Positions 11,025 to 23,246 of a stretch of DNA of 64,000 nt are shown here, piece after piece (positions within the stretch are counted from its first letter, which is position 1; every line of letters starts with the position of its first letter). The stretch is taken from positions 10,044,001-10,108,000 of the forward strand of contig JBHGNT010000009.1 in assembly GCA_043228905.1 (NCBI GenBank), given 5' to 3'. The position numbers and the translations under genes are program-made. Source of the DNA: Azolla caroliniana. Its lineage: Eukaryota; Plantae; Polypodiophyta. The notes under the pieces are model-generated. The model was not told where the DNA came from. It did not search any database and saw only the letters and a list, made by a program, of their open reading frames with translations.

Positions 11025-14000
11025 ACCTATTCCTCGGTCCAAGACCCCAGTGGTCCCGCCTTGTTCTCCACGCACGCGCGTAACAACGCGACATATTTGG
11101 TGAACCCGACGTGAACAAGCGGCAGAGGAGTAGAAGATGAGGGGGTCGGACCTCGCAGAAGCCATGGCTTCGGTTGTGGACCGTATAGTGAGTGCGCGCG
11201 AAGGCACCGGCGCCCTTGATAGGGCTATCAAGGCGGTTGTCGGTACGATCGGCCAGTTTAGTGGGAAGGATGCCACGAGCTACTTGGCGTCCTACCGGGC
11301 TGACATGGTAATGAGGGACATTCTGGAAGAGAGGCGACTAGCCGGATTCCCTTGAGTGGCGATGCCGGGCATCCATGCGGAGGTGCTCGAGGTACGGGCC
11401 GAGAGCCGGACCTGGGAGGAGTTTGAAGGTCGGCTCCTCGAAAGATACGGGCTTGAAGATGCGCTTCGACTTTCGAAGCGGGACTTCATGGAGTGGGTGG
11501 AGACCCCCGACAAAGGAAGGAACGCGTCAGTGCTCCTTCGGGAGTTTGAGGAACGCTTCGCGCGCCTCTCGGTGCTTGACCGAACCGTTCTGGACACAAG
11601 CCGTGTCCTATTGTTTGTTAAGTCGGTTGACGAGCGGGATCGGGAGCAGGTAGGCCTCCTGTTGGAGACTGATGACGGGCTGACGGCCGACTGGGCCGTG
11701 GTGAAAAGGGTCTGTGGCCGTTTCGACAAACGGCGGGAATGGGTTGACAAAGGATCGACAGGGGCGGGCTCTGTCGCAGCAAGGAAGCTCGAGCCAACAC
11801 CACCAACGCGAAGGGAAGAGACCCGAGATTGGCTCGAGACCGGGTCGGCTTCAACCGGCATGGTCAAGGGCTCGTCTAGGGGAGCAGCTCTGGAGGAGCT
11901 GACGCGGATGGTAAAGGATCTCCAGATCGCCCAAGCACGGAGGGATGGTGGCGAACAGGCCCGTGACCGACGACCTCTGGATGAAAACAGGTGCATGTGG
12001 TGTGACGCAGTCGGGCACATCCGAAAGGACTGCGGGGACTTCGCCGAGGTGGTGAGAAGCAACGTGGTGTACCTGTGGAACGGTCGGGTGCATGCCAGCG
12101 AGACCTGAAGGGCCTTGAATCTGAACGTCGGGCGAGGGGGTATGAAAAGGCTGATGGAGGAGGCGGCGGCTCGTCACGCGGAGACCGTCCACTACTCGGC
12201 GTCAGCTGGTATTCGGGTCGGAGGTGGCGAGGCCCCGAAGACGAACAAAGCCAAGTTCTGGCCGACGATGCTAGAAGGCCTCGCCGGCGCACGACTAAGG
12301 AAAGAAGAGGCGGACCGCACGGAAAAACGAGTCCGAGAGGTGACCGGGTGGAGTGACCCGGTGGAAGAAAAGACGAGCTTCGTCGAAGCCGCTTGTCAAA
12401 ACTACGAGGCTCTGGTGGAGGACAAGCGGATAGGGGAAACCGGAGGGGCCGGGCCCTCGCAACGATATGAAACTCGGTTCGGGCAAAGGCGGAATGAGGC
12501 TGGTGTAACCGGCGCCCAGGATAATCCCAAGAGGGGCGGATACCGGCTGGGCACAGAAATCGAAAGAACCACGGACCTGCGAAAGGTCCTGGAAGAACGA
12601 ATCCTTGACAGCAAGGTGGAACTGTCGCTGAGGGAAGTGCTCGGGATTGCCAAGGAGTTCCACGACTCCATCATAGACTTGGTGAAGAGGAAGAGGCTGT
12701 CAACGGAGGAAGAACCGGAGAAGCCGATGGAGGTGCGAACGACGCACATAGAGGACATGGCGCTGGAAGACGAGTTGGCAGAGAGCCACTATTCGAGGCC
12801 GCACTGGGCCAGAGCGACTACGGAGACCCCCGTGAAGATCGGAGATGTTCATGAACCGGTGGTGGCGTTGGTGGACCACGGTTCAGAAATCAATTTGATG
12901 TCCATGGACTTCTACAAGAAGGGGAAATGGCCGATCAACACCAAGCACGGGTGGAAGATACGGGCAGCGACGCGTGGCACCGAAGAACTGCATGGAGCTT
13001 GCCCGAATGTACGAGTAAAGATTGGCGATGTCGAGATTGACCAGCACTTCTTCGTGCAGGAGACGTCCTCACATCCGGTTATACTAGGAGAACCGTACAT
13101 CACGGCAGCACGGATGGAGACCAAGGTGCTAGACAACGGCTCGGCCTATGCAAGGGTCAAGAGCCAGGATGGGCGTCACTCAGTCCAGTTCCTGACGGTG
13201 AGACCGAACCATGAGCGGAACCGCGAGACCCTCGGGGGCGAAAGCCGAGAGGATTTTTAGAGAGGGCTATCAAGGCGTGGGGCCGCGATAGTCCGGACAC
13301 TCCGGGAAAACCCCACAAGTGTACAATAGCGAAGAAGACTTGTACTATAAGTAGGAAATTTTGGTTCTCCGACAACGGAGGGTGTACGATAGTTGACGTT
13401 GTTGGGCGGAAGAAGAAGAGGGCGGAGGAGCGACTTTGGGCATGTGGTATCCTCGGCCTCGGAGAGGAAATCAACGGAGCCGTGGAGGCGGTCTCCTTCA
13501 ACGATGCCTTGGGGGAGCTGTGAGAGGTAGTCGGAGGAGTCCTTAAAGAGGACCGGACGATTCCGGTATGTTCGGAAAGGATGTACGAAGTCATCGCGGA
13601 CTTCAGAAGAGGGCTCGAGTCGGTTCGAACGGCCTGAGTGGACACGAGGTACAAGACTGTGGACCGGAAGGTGAGGCCAGTCGCGGCTTCCTTGCCGGAG
13701 GGCAGCGAGTTGCGAATAAAGGGGGTTGCGTCGGACCCGAGTTTACGAAATCCGGCCCGCATAGGACACACGTTCACCGACATAACGCTACGGGAGCTCA
13801 AGGTCGGTGGGGGCGGCTTCCTACTGCCAGCGGAGGAGGACCGGTTTCGGGGAATGCTCGGAAGGCACGGGAAGGCTTTCACATTCTCACCGGAGGAGAT
13901 CGGGTGCGTAGACCCGACAATCGTGGAACCAATGGTGATATTCACGATACCGCATGTGCCGTGGAGTCTCAAACCGATTCCAGTACCCAGAGCTCATATC

Positions 14001-17000
14001 CCGAAGCTGATGGAGCTGTTAATGCAAAAGGTCGAGATGGGAATCCTCGAACCGTCGAGTGCCCCATACTCGAATCGGTGGTTTACCATGCCGAAGAAGG
14101 ACAGCACGCTGCGCTTTATTCAAGAACTGCAGCCGGTCAACAAGGTGACCATTCGAAACGCAGGAATCGGACCAACAATAGACGAGTTCGCAAAGGCCTT
14201 CGCCGAAAGGTTGATTTACTCGATCGGTGATCTCTACTCGGGGTACGATCAGTTCCAGCTTGCCGTAGAGAGCAGAGACATCTCGACAATGCGAACTCCT
14301 CTCGGCCTAGTACGGATGTGTACCCTGCCGCAAGGAGGGACGAACTCGGTGGCTCACATGGTGAACGCAATGAACAAGGTGCTGAGGGATTGTATCCCGG
14401 ACATCACCATGCCGTTTTTGGACGACGTCCCGATCAAGGGATGCCCGGTGGAGGAAAGGGACGAGACGATCGGACCGGACGGATGCTGGAAATTCGTGGC
14501 GACGCACATCGATGACTGCGAGAAGGTGCTGCAGAGGTTGGAGGGCGCGAGGCTCACCTTCTCCGGGGGAAAGTCGGCCTTCGGGCAATCAGAGATAATG
14601 GTCGTCGGACACCTATGCAGGCCGTACGGCCGGAAACCGTCTCCAGCTAAGGTAGAAGCCATCTCCGCGATGAAGAACGACTGTAGCTCGGTCACAGAGG
14701 TTCGGAGGTTCTTGGGAGCGTGCGTGTTCTACCACATATGGATCCCGCATTACGCTCACGTCGCGGAGCCATTATACGGGTTGCTGAAAAAGGGGCGAAA
14801 ATTCGAGTGGAGAGACGAGCATACGGAGTCTGTCCAGAAGATGAAGGGAGCACTTGCCACGGCTCCGGCGCTCCGAAAGGCTGTCTACGGACAGGGCACT
14901 CTAATTTACGTAACGGTGGACACGAGTCCGACCGGGATCGGATGGGTTGTCAACCAAGAGGGCGAGGACGGCACGCGTTTCCCGATCCGGTTCGGCGCGA
15001 AGGTCCTCAGCGAGCAATAGCGAGGATACGCCCAGGTTAAACGCGAGCTTTGGGGTATTGTTTCAGCGGTAAAGGCCAATAAAGACTACCTGATCGGGGC
15101 AGAGGTAATTATCGAGACGGACTGTCTGCCAATTCTTGGCATGGTTTTCGGATGCGCGACGCCGGACCTGGCAATGCTCAGGTGGATAGCGTACATCAAG
15201 TCCTTGAATCTGGAAATACGACACATTTCCGGGAAAGACAACGCCATGGCCGACATGCTTTCAAGGGCGAGGTTCGAAAACGACGGCGGCATGGTTTCAG
15301 AGGACGAGGAAGTCAGCGTGGACTTCTTCGAGGCGGCTTACGTGACAACCAACGGGGAATGCTCTCCAACACTTAACGACTTCGACGAGAGCAAGTACGA
15401 CGGGGAGTGGCTGCAGATCGGCGGGTTCCTGAAAACAACGACACCGGACGCGGCATGGACAACGGACGAGGCCAACCGGATTCGGAAGAAAGCCTACCGA
15501 TTCTTTCTCCAGGACGGATACATCTGGAAGCATCCAAAGAAGAGGAACGGCATCCCGCTCCGAGTGGTGGCGAAGAAGGGGGAACAGGAGGATTTGTTGG
15601 CGGCGTACCACGATAGCCCGTGGGCTGGACACTGTGGAACGTGGGCCACATTCGAAAAGCTAAAGGGGAAGTACTGGTGGCCGGGACTATACCGGGACGT
15701 GCATCGGTTCGTGACGACTTGCGAAAGCTGTCAGGTGCACTCCATGATCTGACATCGGGACGAGCTTCACCCGACCTACCCTCCGACCATCCACTTCAAG
15801 TGGATGGTGGATTTGGTGATGATGCCAATGGGGGTAGGACTGATGCGGTATCTGGTGCTGGCTCGGGAAGATCTAACGAACCAGGTTGAAGGCCGAACCC
15901 TGCAAAACAAGACGATGACAGCCATGTGCCGGTTTTTGATTGAGGACGTAGTATGCCGATACGGGTGCGTAGGGAAGATCGTGGCTGACCGTGGTGAGTT
16001 GGACGCAGAAGAGGCCGAAGAGCTGTTCGACCGGCTAGGAGTCAAACTTTCGCTCACCTCAGCGTACAATCCGGAGGCGAACAGGAAGGTGGAGCGCGGA
16101 CACGGGCCAATTGTCAAAGCGCTAGTACGGGCGTGCGGAGGCCGAGTCGGGGACTGGCCAAGGCTGCTACCTTATGCCTTGTGGGCGGACCGGACTACGC
16201 ACAGTTCGGTAACCAGTTTCATGCCAGCCGAGCTGATGTTCGGACAGAAGCCGATCATGCCATCAGAGCGAACGATCTCCTCTGGGCCACGGTGGACTGG
16301 AGGGATGAGATGAGCCGGGAGGAACTGTTGGCAGCGTGGATTCAACAGCTCGAGCGGAGGCCGAAGGACGTAGAGCAAGCCGCGAAGAAACTTCGGGTAG
16401 CGAGGATAAGGAACAAAGCTCGGTTCGACCGAACACGCCGGTTCAGGCCAAGGAAGATCGAGGAAGGCGACTGGGTGCTAGTCTACGACAGCAACCTCGA
16501 CAATCAGCACAGGGCCACGCGGAAGTTTGCGAGGAGGTGGTTCGGGCCTTACGTAGTAACAGGCGCCAACGGCAATGGGACGTACCATCTCGCAGAGCTC
16601 GACGGTACGAGAATGGCGATACCGGTAGCGGGGAAGAGGATCAAAGCGTTCAAGAAACGACACGACGATGAGCCGGAGCTAGGGGGCATGGACAGCAACG
16701 ATGAGCAGCCCGAGGCGGAGGACGAACCGGTTAACGAGGAATAAAAGCAAGGACTGGTTTTCTCCAAGCAGGAACCCAATTTTGGCGCATACCGGTGGAT
16801 GCGCGGTTAGGAGGGGGCGAATGTCGTGAAGAAAACCGTCCCTAGGCGCAAACCGTGTATAGCGTGTGTAAACCGGCCCTTACACGTGGGCACGCCCTTT
16901 GTTGTACAGTAGATAGGTAGGCACAAGGTCAGATCCTAGGTAGCAATATTCTATAGGGAGAATCGAGGAGTATCTCTGTCCGAAAGGACAGAGAATTAAT

Positions 17001-17408
17001 GTGATGTAAACGGGTAAGACGGCCTCCCTCCTTGAGCTACAAAAGAGAGGGAGTCAGGGGAGAAAAAGATATCGCGCACTAGAGGGGACAAAGTGCTGTC
17101 GGACTGGGACCGAGCTCTTCTCCTTTGTCGTTCTCCATAAGCTTTCTTTGCGCAGGTTCTCGAGAGGCTGATTCTGCTCCGTGGAACGCCCGTGTGCTTC
17201 CGGCAGAATCTCCATCTTGCTCCCCTGTATGCGTGGGTGATCAGGCGTCGACACCCGTCTCGCCGACCTGATCGGCTGTAACCATCCGAGTCATCTGCAT
17301 ACACATATTTATATACGCGTTCTTATACTCTACCTCCTGCCCAACTTGTGTCTCTTGTGTTGGTCGGGCTGCGTTCCCGCGCGCTTCTTTGTCTATCCAT
17401 GTGTGAGC

Positions 17409-17448
<40 letters not shown>

Positions 17449-20400
17449 ACCTATTCCTCGGTCCAAGACCCCAGTGGTCCCGCCTTGTTCTCCACGCACG
17501 CGCGTAACAACGCGACACCGTTCTAAATGGTCTTCCTGATTCATATCAGAGTTGCTTCTACTCTTCGTTTAATGATGAAGGGTAATCCCAATGCCTTATC
17601 ATTCGAGGAGCTAGTCTCCGTTTTGTCACAGGAAGATCAGTCTAGGCAAAACAAGTCTATTATGCGTGTTGAAGATCAAGCTTTCCTAGCTAGTCAGTTG
17701 GGCAAAGGTAAATGGAACTCTTCTGCTAGCAAGCAGAGATTTGCTAATATTCACAAGTGAATGAAAAAAAACAAGAGCAGAAACAAAAACTGTTTTGCAA
17801 ATATTGTAAAGGAATTGATCATATTATGAAGAACTGTCCAAAATTGACTGCAAAAGAGGCAAAGAAAAAGGAGGCAGGACTCGTTGTTGCAAAAGTCTCT
17901 GCACCAAAAACAGAGTCTGCAAATCTTGTGCAGAATGAATAATGGACATTTACTACTGTTTGCAGTTTTGACCCATCTTCACTTGAACAATGTATGTCTA
18001 TTGTACAATCAAATGTTTGGTACTTCGATAGTGGGGCAACCAAACATATTACCTCCCAACGCAATTTCTTCACTTCATTGAAGCCTATCCCTACAGGGAA
18101 TACTGTCACATGCGCCAACAACTCATCTTATCCAATTATGGGTGTTGGTAAGATCATTTTGACTACTGCTGATGGTAGTCCTTTCATCTTGTCAGATGCT
18201 TTGTTTGTGCCAGGGATCAAGAAAAAATTGTTGTCAGTTTCAGCATTAGCCAAGGTTGGCTTGGTTGTTAAATTTGTTGATGACAGGTGTACAGTTCATG
18301 ATCTGTCCAATGGGGATGTTATTATTGCTTCTTGCATTTTATGTCGTGGGTTGTATAAGCTCGTAGATTATGAACGATCTATAAATGATTCAGCCTGTGC
18401 AGTACAGGATTCTCATGCTATTTCAGATGCAAAGATTTGGCATGCACACTTTGGTCATCTGAATTTTGCAAGTTTGCTTCGCTTGCAGAAATCTGAAATG
18501 GTGTCCTTGCCCAAACTTGAAACACCTCGGAAGCATGTTTGTGAAGGCTATATTTTGGGCAAAATGCAATGTTCCTCCTTTCCAAAAGATGGTTCAGTTA
18601 GAGCTTCGCAGAAATTGCAGCTTGTTCATAGCAATGTCTGTGGTCCTATGCAGACACATTCTCTTGGGAACTATCTTTATTTCGTGACTTTCATTGATGA
18701 CTTTTCTAGGCATGCATGGGTATATCCATTGAAGGCAAAGTCCGAAGTGTTTCTGTGCTTCAAATAATTTCTAGCTTTGGCTGAGAATTTGTCAACATGT
18801 AAAATGGGCACCCTCCGTTCTGATCGACGGGGGGAGTATACGTCTTCTGAGTTTAATGCATTTCTGGCTAAATGTGGGATAAAACATCAGTGTACAGTGC
18901 CGTATACACCTCAACAAAATGGAGTTGCTGAAAGAAAGAACAGGTCACGCATGGAAATGGCGAGGTGTATGGTCAAAAGTCAGGCCTTACCACATAGTTT
19001 CTGGCTTGAGGCTGTCATGTGTGCAGCATATGTACTCAACAGGTGTCCCACTAAAGCACTACACTCTATCACTCCATATGAAGCTTGGCATGGCCAAAAG
19101 CCATTTGTTGCTCATCTGTGTGTTTTTGGTTGTTTGGCATATGCATTAGTGCCTAAACAACAACGCAAAAAATTGGATGATAAAGCAATGAAATGTATTT
19201 TTGTAGGATACAGTTCTGAAAGTAAAGGCTATATCATCCACAATCTAAACGCATTTTGGTTAGCCATGATGTTTTTGTGAAGGATGCAATTCAGCCACTT
19301 CTTTCATGTACAAAGGGGACATCAGTTAGCTCCAGAGATGTGTATGACACTTTGTTGCCTCTGTTTACAAGTGGACAGTAAAGTGTTGGCCCACTTGAGG
19401 CACCTTCTCAGCCTTTCGAAGCTACTCATAATGATGCAGATCATTCCATTTCTGATGCAGATCATTCTATTTCTGATTGCAAGCTTTACGATTGCAATCA
19501 CCACTACTCAACCCACACAAATAGGTTATAAACTTCATGCTTGTAAATCGTCTCCAAAATCATTCCACACATGCATTGCTATCATGATCATGGAGGTTTT
19601 AAGAAATCTAAATCTTTTATTTTTGTTTCAGTGTGCATAGCATGAAGTCACCAATATTTCTAATCGATTAGTCTCATAGGCTAATTTTGGCCTCTAGTAT
19701 ACATACTATCTTGCTAGAACACCACAGACTCTGGATGAACAACTAATTAAGCTGCGTCCTAAGAGACTCGCGAAGACAGGCCAGATATATGAAAGATCCC
19801 ACGAAGGTACTGAAGAAGGAAAGGAAGAGTGTGGGCAACCTCGGGGAATGCTTGAAGGGCGAGATATCCAAAGTGCAAGTCTAGTTAAATAGAGACAAGG
19901 GAAAAGACAGCGCCTTACGGCAACCAATTGGTTAAGAGGTTAATGGTATAATATATAATAAAGATAGATAGATAGATATTTTTCGCGTCCATAGAGAGGC
20001 CAATATTGACCCATGGAACCTAAGTACAAAAGTTTTCTTGATGCGTGTCTCCTTCCTAAGAAGGGATATTCATACTTCGAAGCACCAAGTCTTGATGTGT
20101 GAAAGGGAAAATGCAATGGGAATTAGAAAAAAAAACAGAATTGTGGTTCTTTTTGAAGACCACACTAGTAGAAGCCCTACAAAAAGACATTCTTAAGGCA
20201 ATTGAATTTAGATGTTAAAGATGACATGGAAAAGTACCTAAAAGGGGAAACATTATCGAATAAGGTCAAGATAGTATTGATTTACCATTAAAGTCAATCT
20301 AAAGAAAGGTCAAGAGGCAACCAAAAAATGCATCTCCATAGTAAAAGATAATGTAGACAATATAACATGGGCAGAGGTACAAAAAAATGCTAAAGCTTAG

Positions 20401-23246
20401 GCCTAATCTTCTCAGAAGTAATAAACGCAAATGCTCCTTTTGTATACGATGTCAAAAAGCAAAAGGAAGCACACATAGATAAGTTAGATGGGATGTAAGC
20501 AAATGCTCCTTGTATACATTGTTGAAAAGCAAAAGGAAGCACCCGTAGATAAGGTAGAAGTGACCTAAGCAGCATTAGAGGAAGAAGCCAAAAGGAAAGC
20601 TCATGCAATGCATAAACAAGTTGTTGGGTGGGCTGAAAACGGAAGTCCACAAGAAGATGTGTTGTATTACTTCATCAGGCAGGTGATAGAGGATGGACTC
20701 ATCTCATTTTGTAAAATCAATACTGCATGGAATACAGCAGATGATCTCACCAAGTGCCTCTCAAAGGCACAACATCAACCGGTGTGAATTGGCTCAAATT
20801 CTCTAAATTCACATTCTATTAAAACATGATACTTTTACTCTAAAACATATTGTTATTATTTTGTGGGACTCCAACAACCACCCGTATCTCCTCCCTCTCC
20901 TCAGTTTTCTCTGCATTTCAGCCATTTTCTGTCTCCTGTCACTCCTGTTCCAAATCCACCATTACACACAGGTGGTACCAAAATAAACCCCTTGGCCTCC
21001 TTTCATCTCATGTGACTGTACTGCAAGTGCACAAAGATCCTTCATCACAATTATGATGACATCTGTGCACCTTGTATATCTCAATAGAGCAAAGTATTTT
21101 CCTACCTCAAACAATTGGGCATGCCATACAACAAGCACTGAATCTGATGTGATCCATTATGTACTACTGAAAACTTGTACCTTGGATTTGATATAAAAAC
21201 TTGAAGTTTGAAATATATCCCCGGTTTCAGGTCAAACAACAATACTTGTAAGATAAATTTGCTATTACATGAAGAAGCTATGCCAATATATAGCTCGGAT
21301 TGGTAGTATAAGATGAAATGGTAAAACAAAGAGAGTATTGTACTGACATGCTAGAGAAATTGCTTATGAATCAACACATTCCATATGACATTGAGAATAC
21401 ATGGTTATTTTTCATAATTGTAATGGGTGACGCTATAGAACACACAACAGCATCAATATAAAGAAAAGAAATGTAGAAGGGATCCCCTCATGGTGTATGG
21501 TTTGATAATGAATGTAACACCACTCCAGAAGCAAGTGATTCATGAACATGTGTATGCAAAGGGATACCATATCTTCGTAAGGCTGATTTTCATAAATGCA
21601 ATGTGGGGGAACCAAGGTTTCTGCCTCAGTTCCCCCGGCAGGCAGGCATTCTCGGAACGCCCGCATGATGAAAACCGCGCCGTCATTGAAATATAAGCTG
21701 GAGACGTTTCTGTTTATACTCTTATCAATGTCATTCTCATTACAGAATGAACCATGGTGTTATCATAAAGAAAAGACACATAAAAGGTCCATGACATAAT
21801 GAATTTATTGTTCCAAGATGAACACAAGGAAGCCAGAAGAAAATTAGGGCCACTACCAAATGCAACGATGCATGGAGACATACGGCAAGGAAATAGAATA
21901 CGTTCAGAATGTCATTTCTTTAAATGAAATCTACCAAGGACGGTTGACAGATATTTGCCCAAGCTCACATCCCAACATTCACACCCAAAAAGGGTCAGAT
22001 GCTTCTAATATGCGTCAATTACTTAATGATAGAAATAAATGAAAACATGAAGGAAATAATAGTTTAGGGGTACTTAATTAACCATAACAGCCACTCTACC
22101 CAGAGGACAAGAGATGAACATAAAACCACATCAGAGTCCCATACCACTGAATATGATCTTAGATTATACCTTGGCAGTTGAGGTCAATATGAATCATTAT
22201 GATGAAAGTTTTACCTCACCAATAGAGTCTAAACAACATCTAAGAGATGCCATAAAGAAGGGGGTAGCTAGTCCCCTTTCTATAGCTCAAATCCTTACTC
22301 CTCTGAACCACCACATGTTCTGAAGTCCACTTTATCCCAAGTGTTAGAATAACCTGTTTCCCACTGATCTTACCCTAAACCATTTCAAAATAGCCTTTAG
22401 AGTTGGTCCCTATGGTTATGCCTGTAATAGCTTCACCACAATAATCCACCTGCACTCGCACATATTGAAAATAGAGGAATATCTCACATATGCAGACATT
22501 GGACATGATTTTCATGAATTCCTAAAAATTTGTGCTTACCTTTCAAGCACTTCCAGTGAGGATAGAACCAAATTCAATGACAATAAGCATGCAGCATGCT
22601 CTTTGCTCCTCTACTGGACAACAGAACTGAACTCATGTAAGTTCAAAAGCAAATAAATTCAGCAATTAGGTCAGTTTTTCCTTCAGCTTTTACATTTCCT
22701 TTATGTCCACATCTCCCAACCGTCACCTACACAATTTTCTAGATTGCTTTGTAATGGCTGTAAATCCCCAAGGGTCATATTGGCCAAGCATGGATGTTTA
22801 TACAGTTCCAATTTCATCTTCATCCATCTCACTCTCTCTATCTCTCTCTCTAAAGGAACAAGTTTGGAACAACATACCCCACCAGGCAAAGGCACAATCA
22901 AGCAAGGATTGTCTTCTCCTCCCGCCCAATCGTAGCGAGTGATGCCAGTGCCTCGCTCGCGCAACCGTTCTCTTCTTAGCTTCTCCGCTACAGACAAGTT
23001 GCATTCGTCCACACCACCACCAGGGGGGCTAATAACCATCTGTTGCCGATGCAAAGTTGGATCGTAAACAAATATCTTTCTACTCAGAGTGCTATCCGGG
23101 CTGAATAGATATGAAATGAGCTTATCATCAGGACTGAATGAAACAGACGATGGTGCAACATATCCAGGAAGAGGATTTTGTACTATATCTTCGACCGGAA
23201 AACGGGTCAAATCATCATGGACATATGGTTCCGTTGTTCGAGGCAT
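4905..23246 (-). CDS. Dipeptidyl-peptidase IV/8/9-like serine peptidase (S9B), 5 coding exons, about 751 aa
   Basis: Exons 23246-22878, 7870-7676, 7524-7495, 7383-6274, 5456-4905. All are GT-AG and phase 0, totalling 2256 nt. Catalytic motifs GWSYGG, DENVH, HMP; DPPIV_N motif [14 protein letters not shown]. Confidence 0.92.
6274..7383 (-). CDS. DPP gene coding exon 4 (beta-propeller region)
   Basis: AG|GAA GAA ATG (EEMDRR) through LVWR|GTAACT; 1110 nt. Confidence 0.93.
7495..7524 (-). CDS. DPP gene 30-nt micro-exon ([10 protein letters not shown])
   Basis: TGCAG|ACT CAT GGA CTA CCG GAG TAC ATT TCT CAG|GTAAT. It supplies the residues just before the conserved EE motif. Confidence 0.85.
7676..7870 (-). 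CDS. DPP gene coding exon 2
   Basis: AACAG|IYIQ...[11 protein letters not shown]...AGK|GTAAAC; 195 nt. Confidence 0.9.
7916..8535. repeat. Diverged ~250-bp direct duplication (7916-8165 and 8278-8535)
   Basis: Both copies run from CTATGCTAGAGATCTTTC.AAGACAAAAG to CTTAAAC with scattered substitutions. Confidence 0.85.
8569..9209. mobile_element. hAT-type MITE
   Basis: 8-bp TSD ATTACATG (8561-8568 and 9210-9217). Imperfect 15-bp TIR (GATATATTGACACAT vs reverse complement CATAGATTGACATAT). AT-rich non-coding interior. Confidence 0.8.
9278..9407 (+). repeat. Five 25-27-bp tandem repeats inside the Copia LTR
   Basis: Unit GTGATGTGTGTGAACACACTTAGGACA with a GTGTG..CACAC hairpin core. Confidence 0.9.
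11098..11115 (+). promoter_or_regulatory. Primer-binding site complementary to the tRNA-Trp 3' end
   Basis: TGGTGAACCCGACGTGAA is the reverse complement of TTCACGTCGGGTTCACCA, recalled as the plant tRNA-Trp(CCA) 3' end. Confidence 0.8.
11137..13260 (+). pseudogene. Gypsy gag-protease ORF with 2 in-frame stops
   Basis: ORFs 11137-11355, 11356-12108 and 12115-13260 share one frame; [14 protein letters not shown] knuckle; LVDHGSEIN protease. Confidence 0.9.
13251..16744 (+). pseudogene. Gypsy pol (RT-RNase H-integrase), -1 frame relative to gag-PR
   Basis: RT ([12 protein letters not shown]), RNase H (DTSP..ELWG), HHCC integrase and GPY motif. Several stops and one frameshift near 16280. Confidence 0.9.
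20652..20790 (+). mobile_element. Isolated Copia RNase H C-terminal remnant
   Basis: Translates as [36 protein letters not shown], matching the Copia HIDVRYHFIR...ADILTK motif. Confidence 0.65.
22878..23246 (-). CDS. DPP gene first coding exon
   Basis: MPRTT...[17 protein letters not shown]...[12 protein letters not shown]...PLPGG|GTATGT. The start codon is uncertain (see finding). Confidence 0.85.

Larger units (their letters stand above)
10398..17517 (+). mobile_element. Full-length Ty3/Gypsy element (no chromodomain), with premature stops
   Basis: 696-bp LTRs 10398-11093 and 16822-17517 (about 9 transitions apart). 4-bp TSD CCGT; PBS 11098-11115; PPT 16809-16821. Gag CCHC, protease DHGSE, RT FLDD, RNase H and integrase present. 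Confidence 0.97.
9259..19480 (+). mobile_element. Degenerate, 3'-truncated Ty1/Copia element, interrupted by a Gypsy
   Basis: 5' LTR TG..CA 9259-9514; tRNA-Met PBS TGGTATCTGAGC 9516-9527. Gag 9853-10397 resumes at 17522 (LVQTV|LNGLPDSY). CCHC knuckle, WYFDSGA protease and integrase at 17994-19280. No RT or 3' LTR found; right end approximate. Confidence 0.88.

Noticed and set aside
11221-13277. 15-nt repeat AGGGCTATCAAGGCG at the gag start and just after the slippery site
   Set aside because: A single short direct repeat with no way to show function from this copy alone.
11292-16779. Many overlapping and antisense ORFs in the Gypsy (also in both young Copias)
   Set aside because: Expected shadows of GC-rich coding sequence, with no recognisable motifs.
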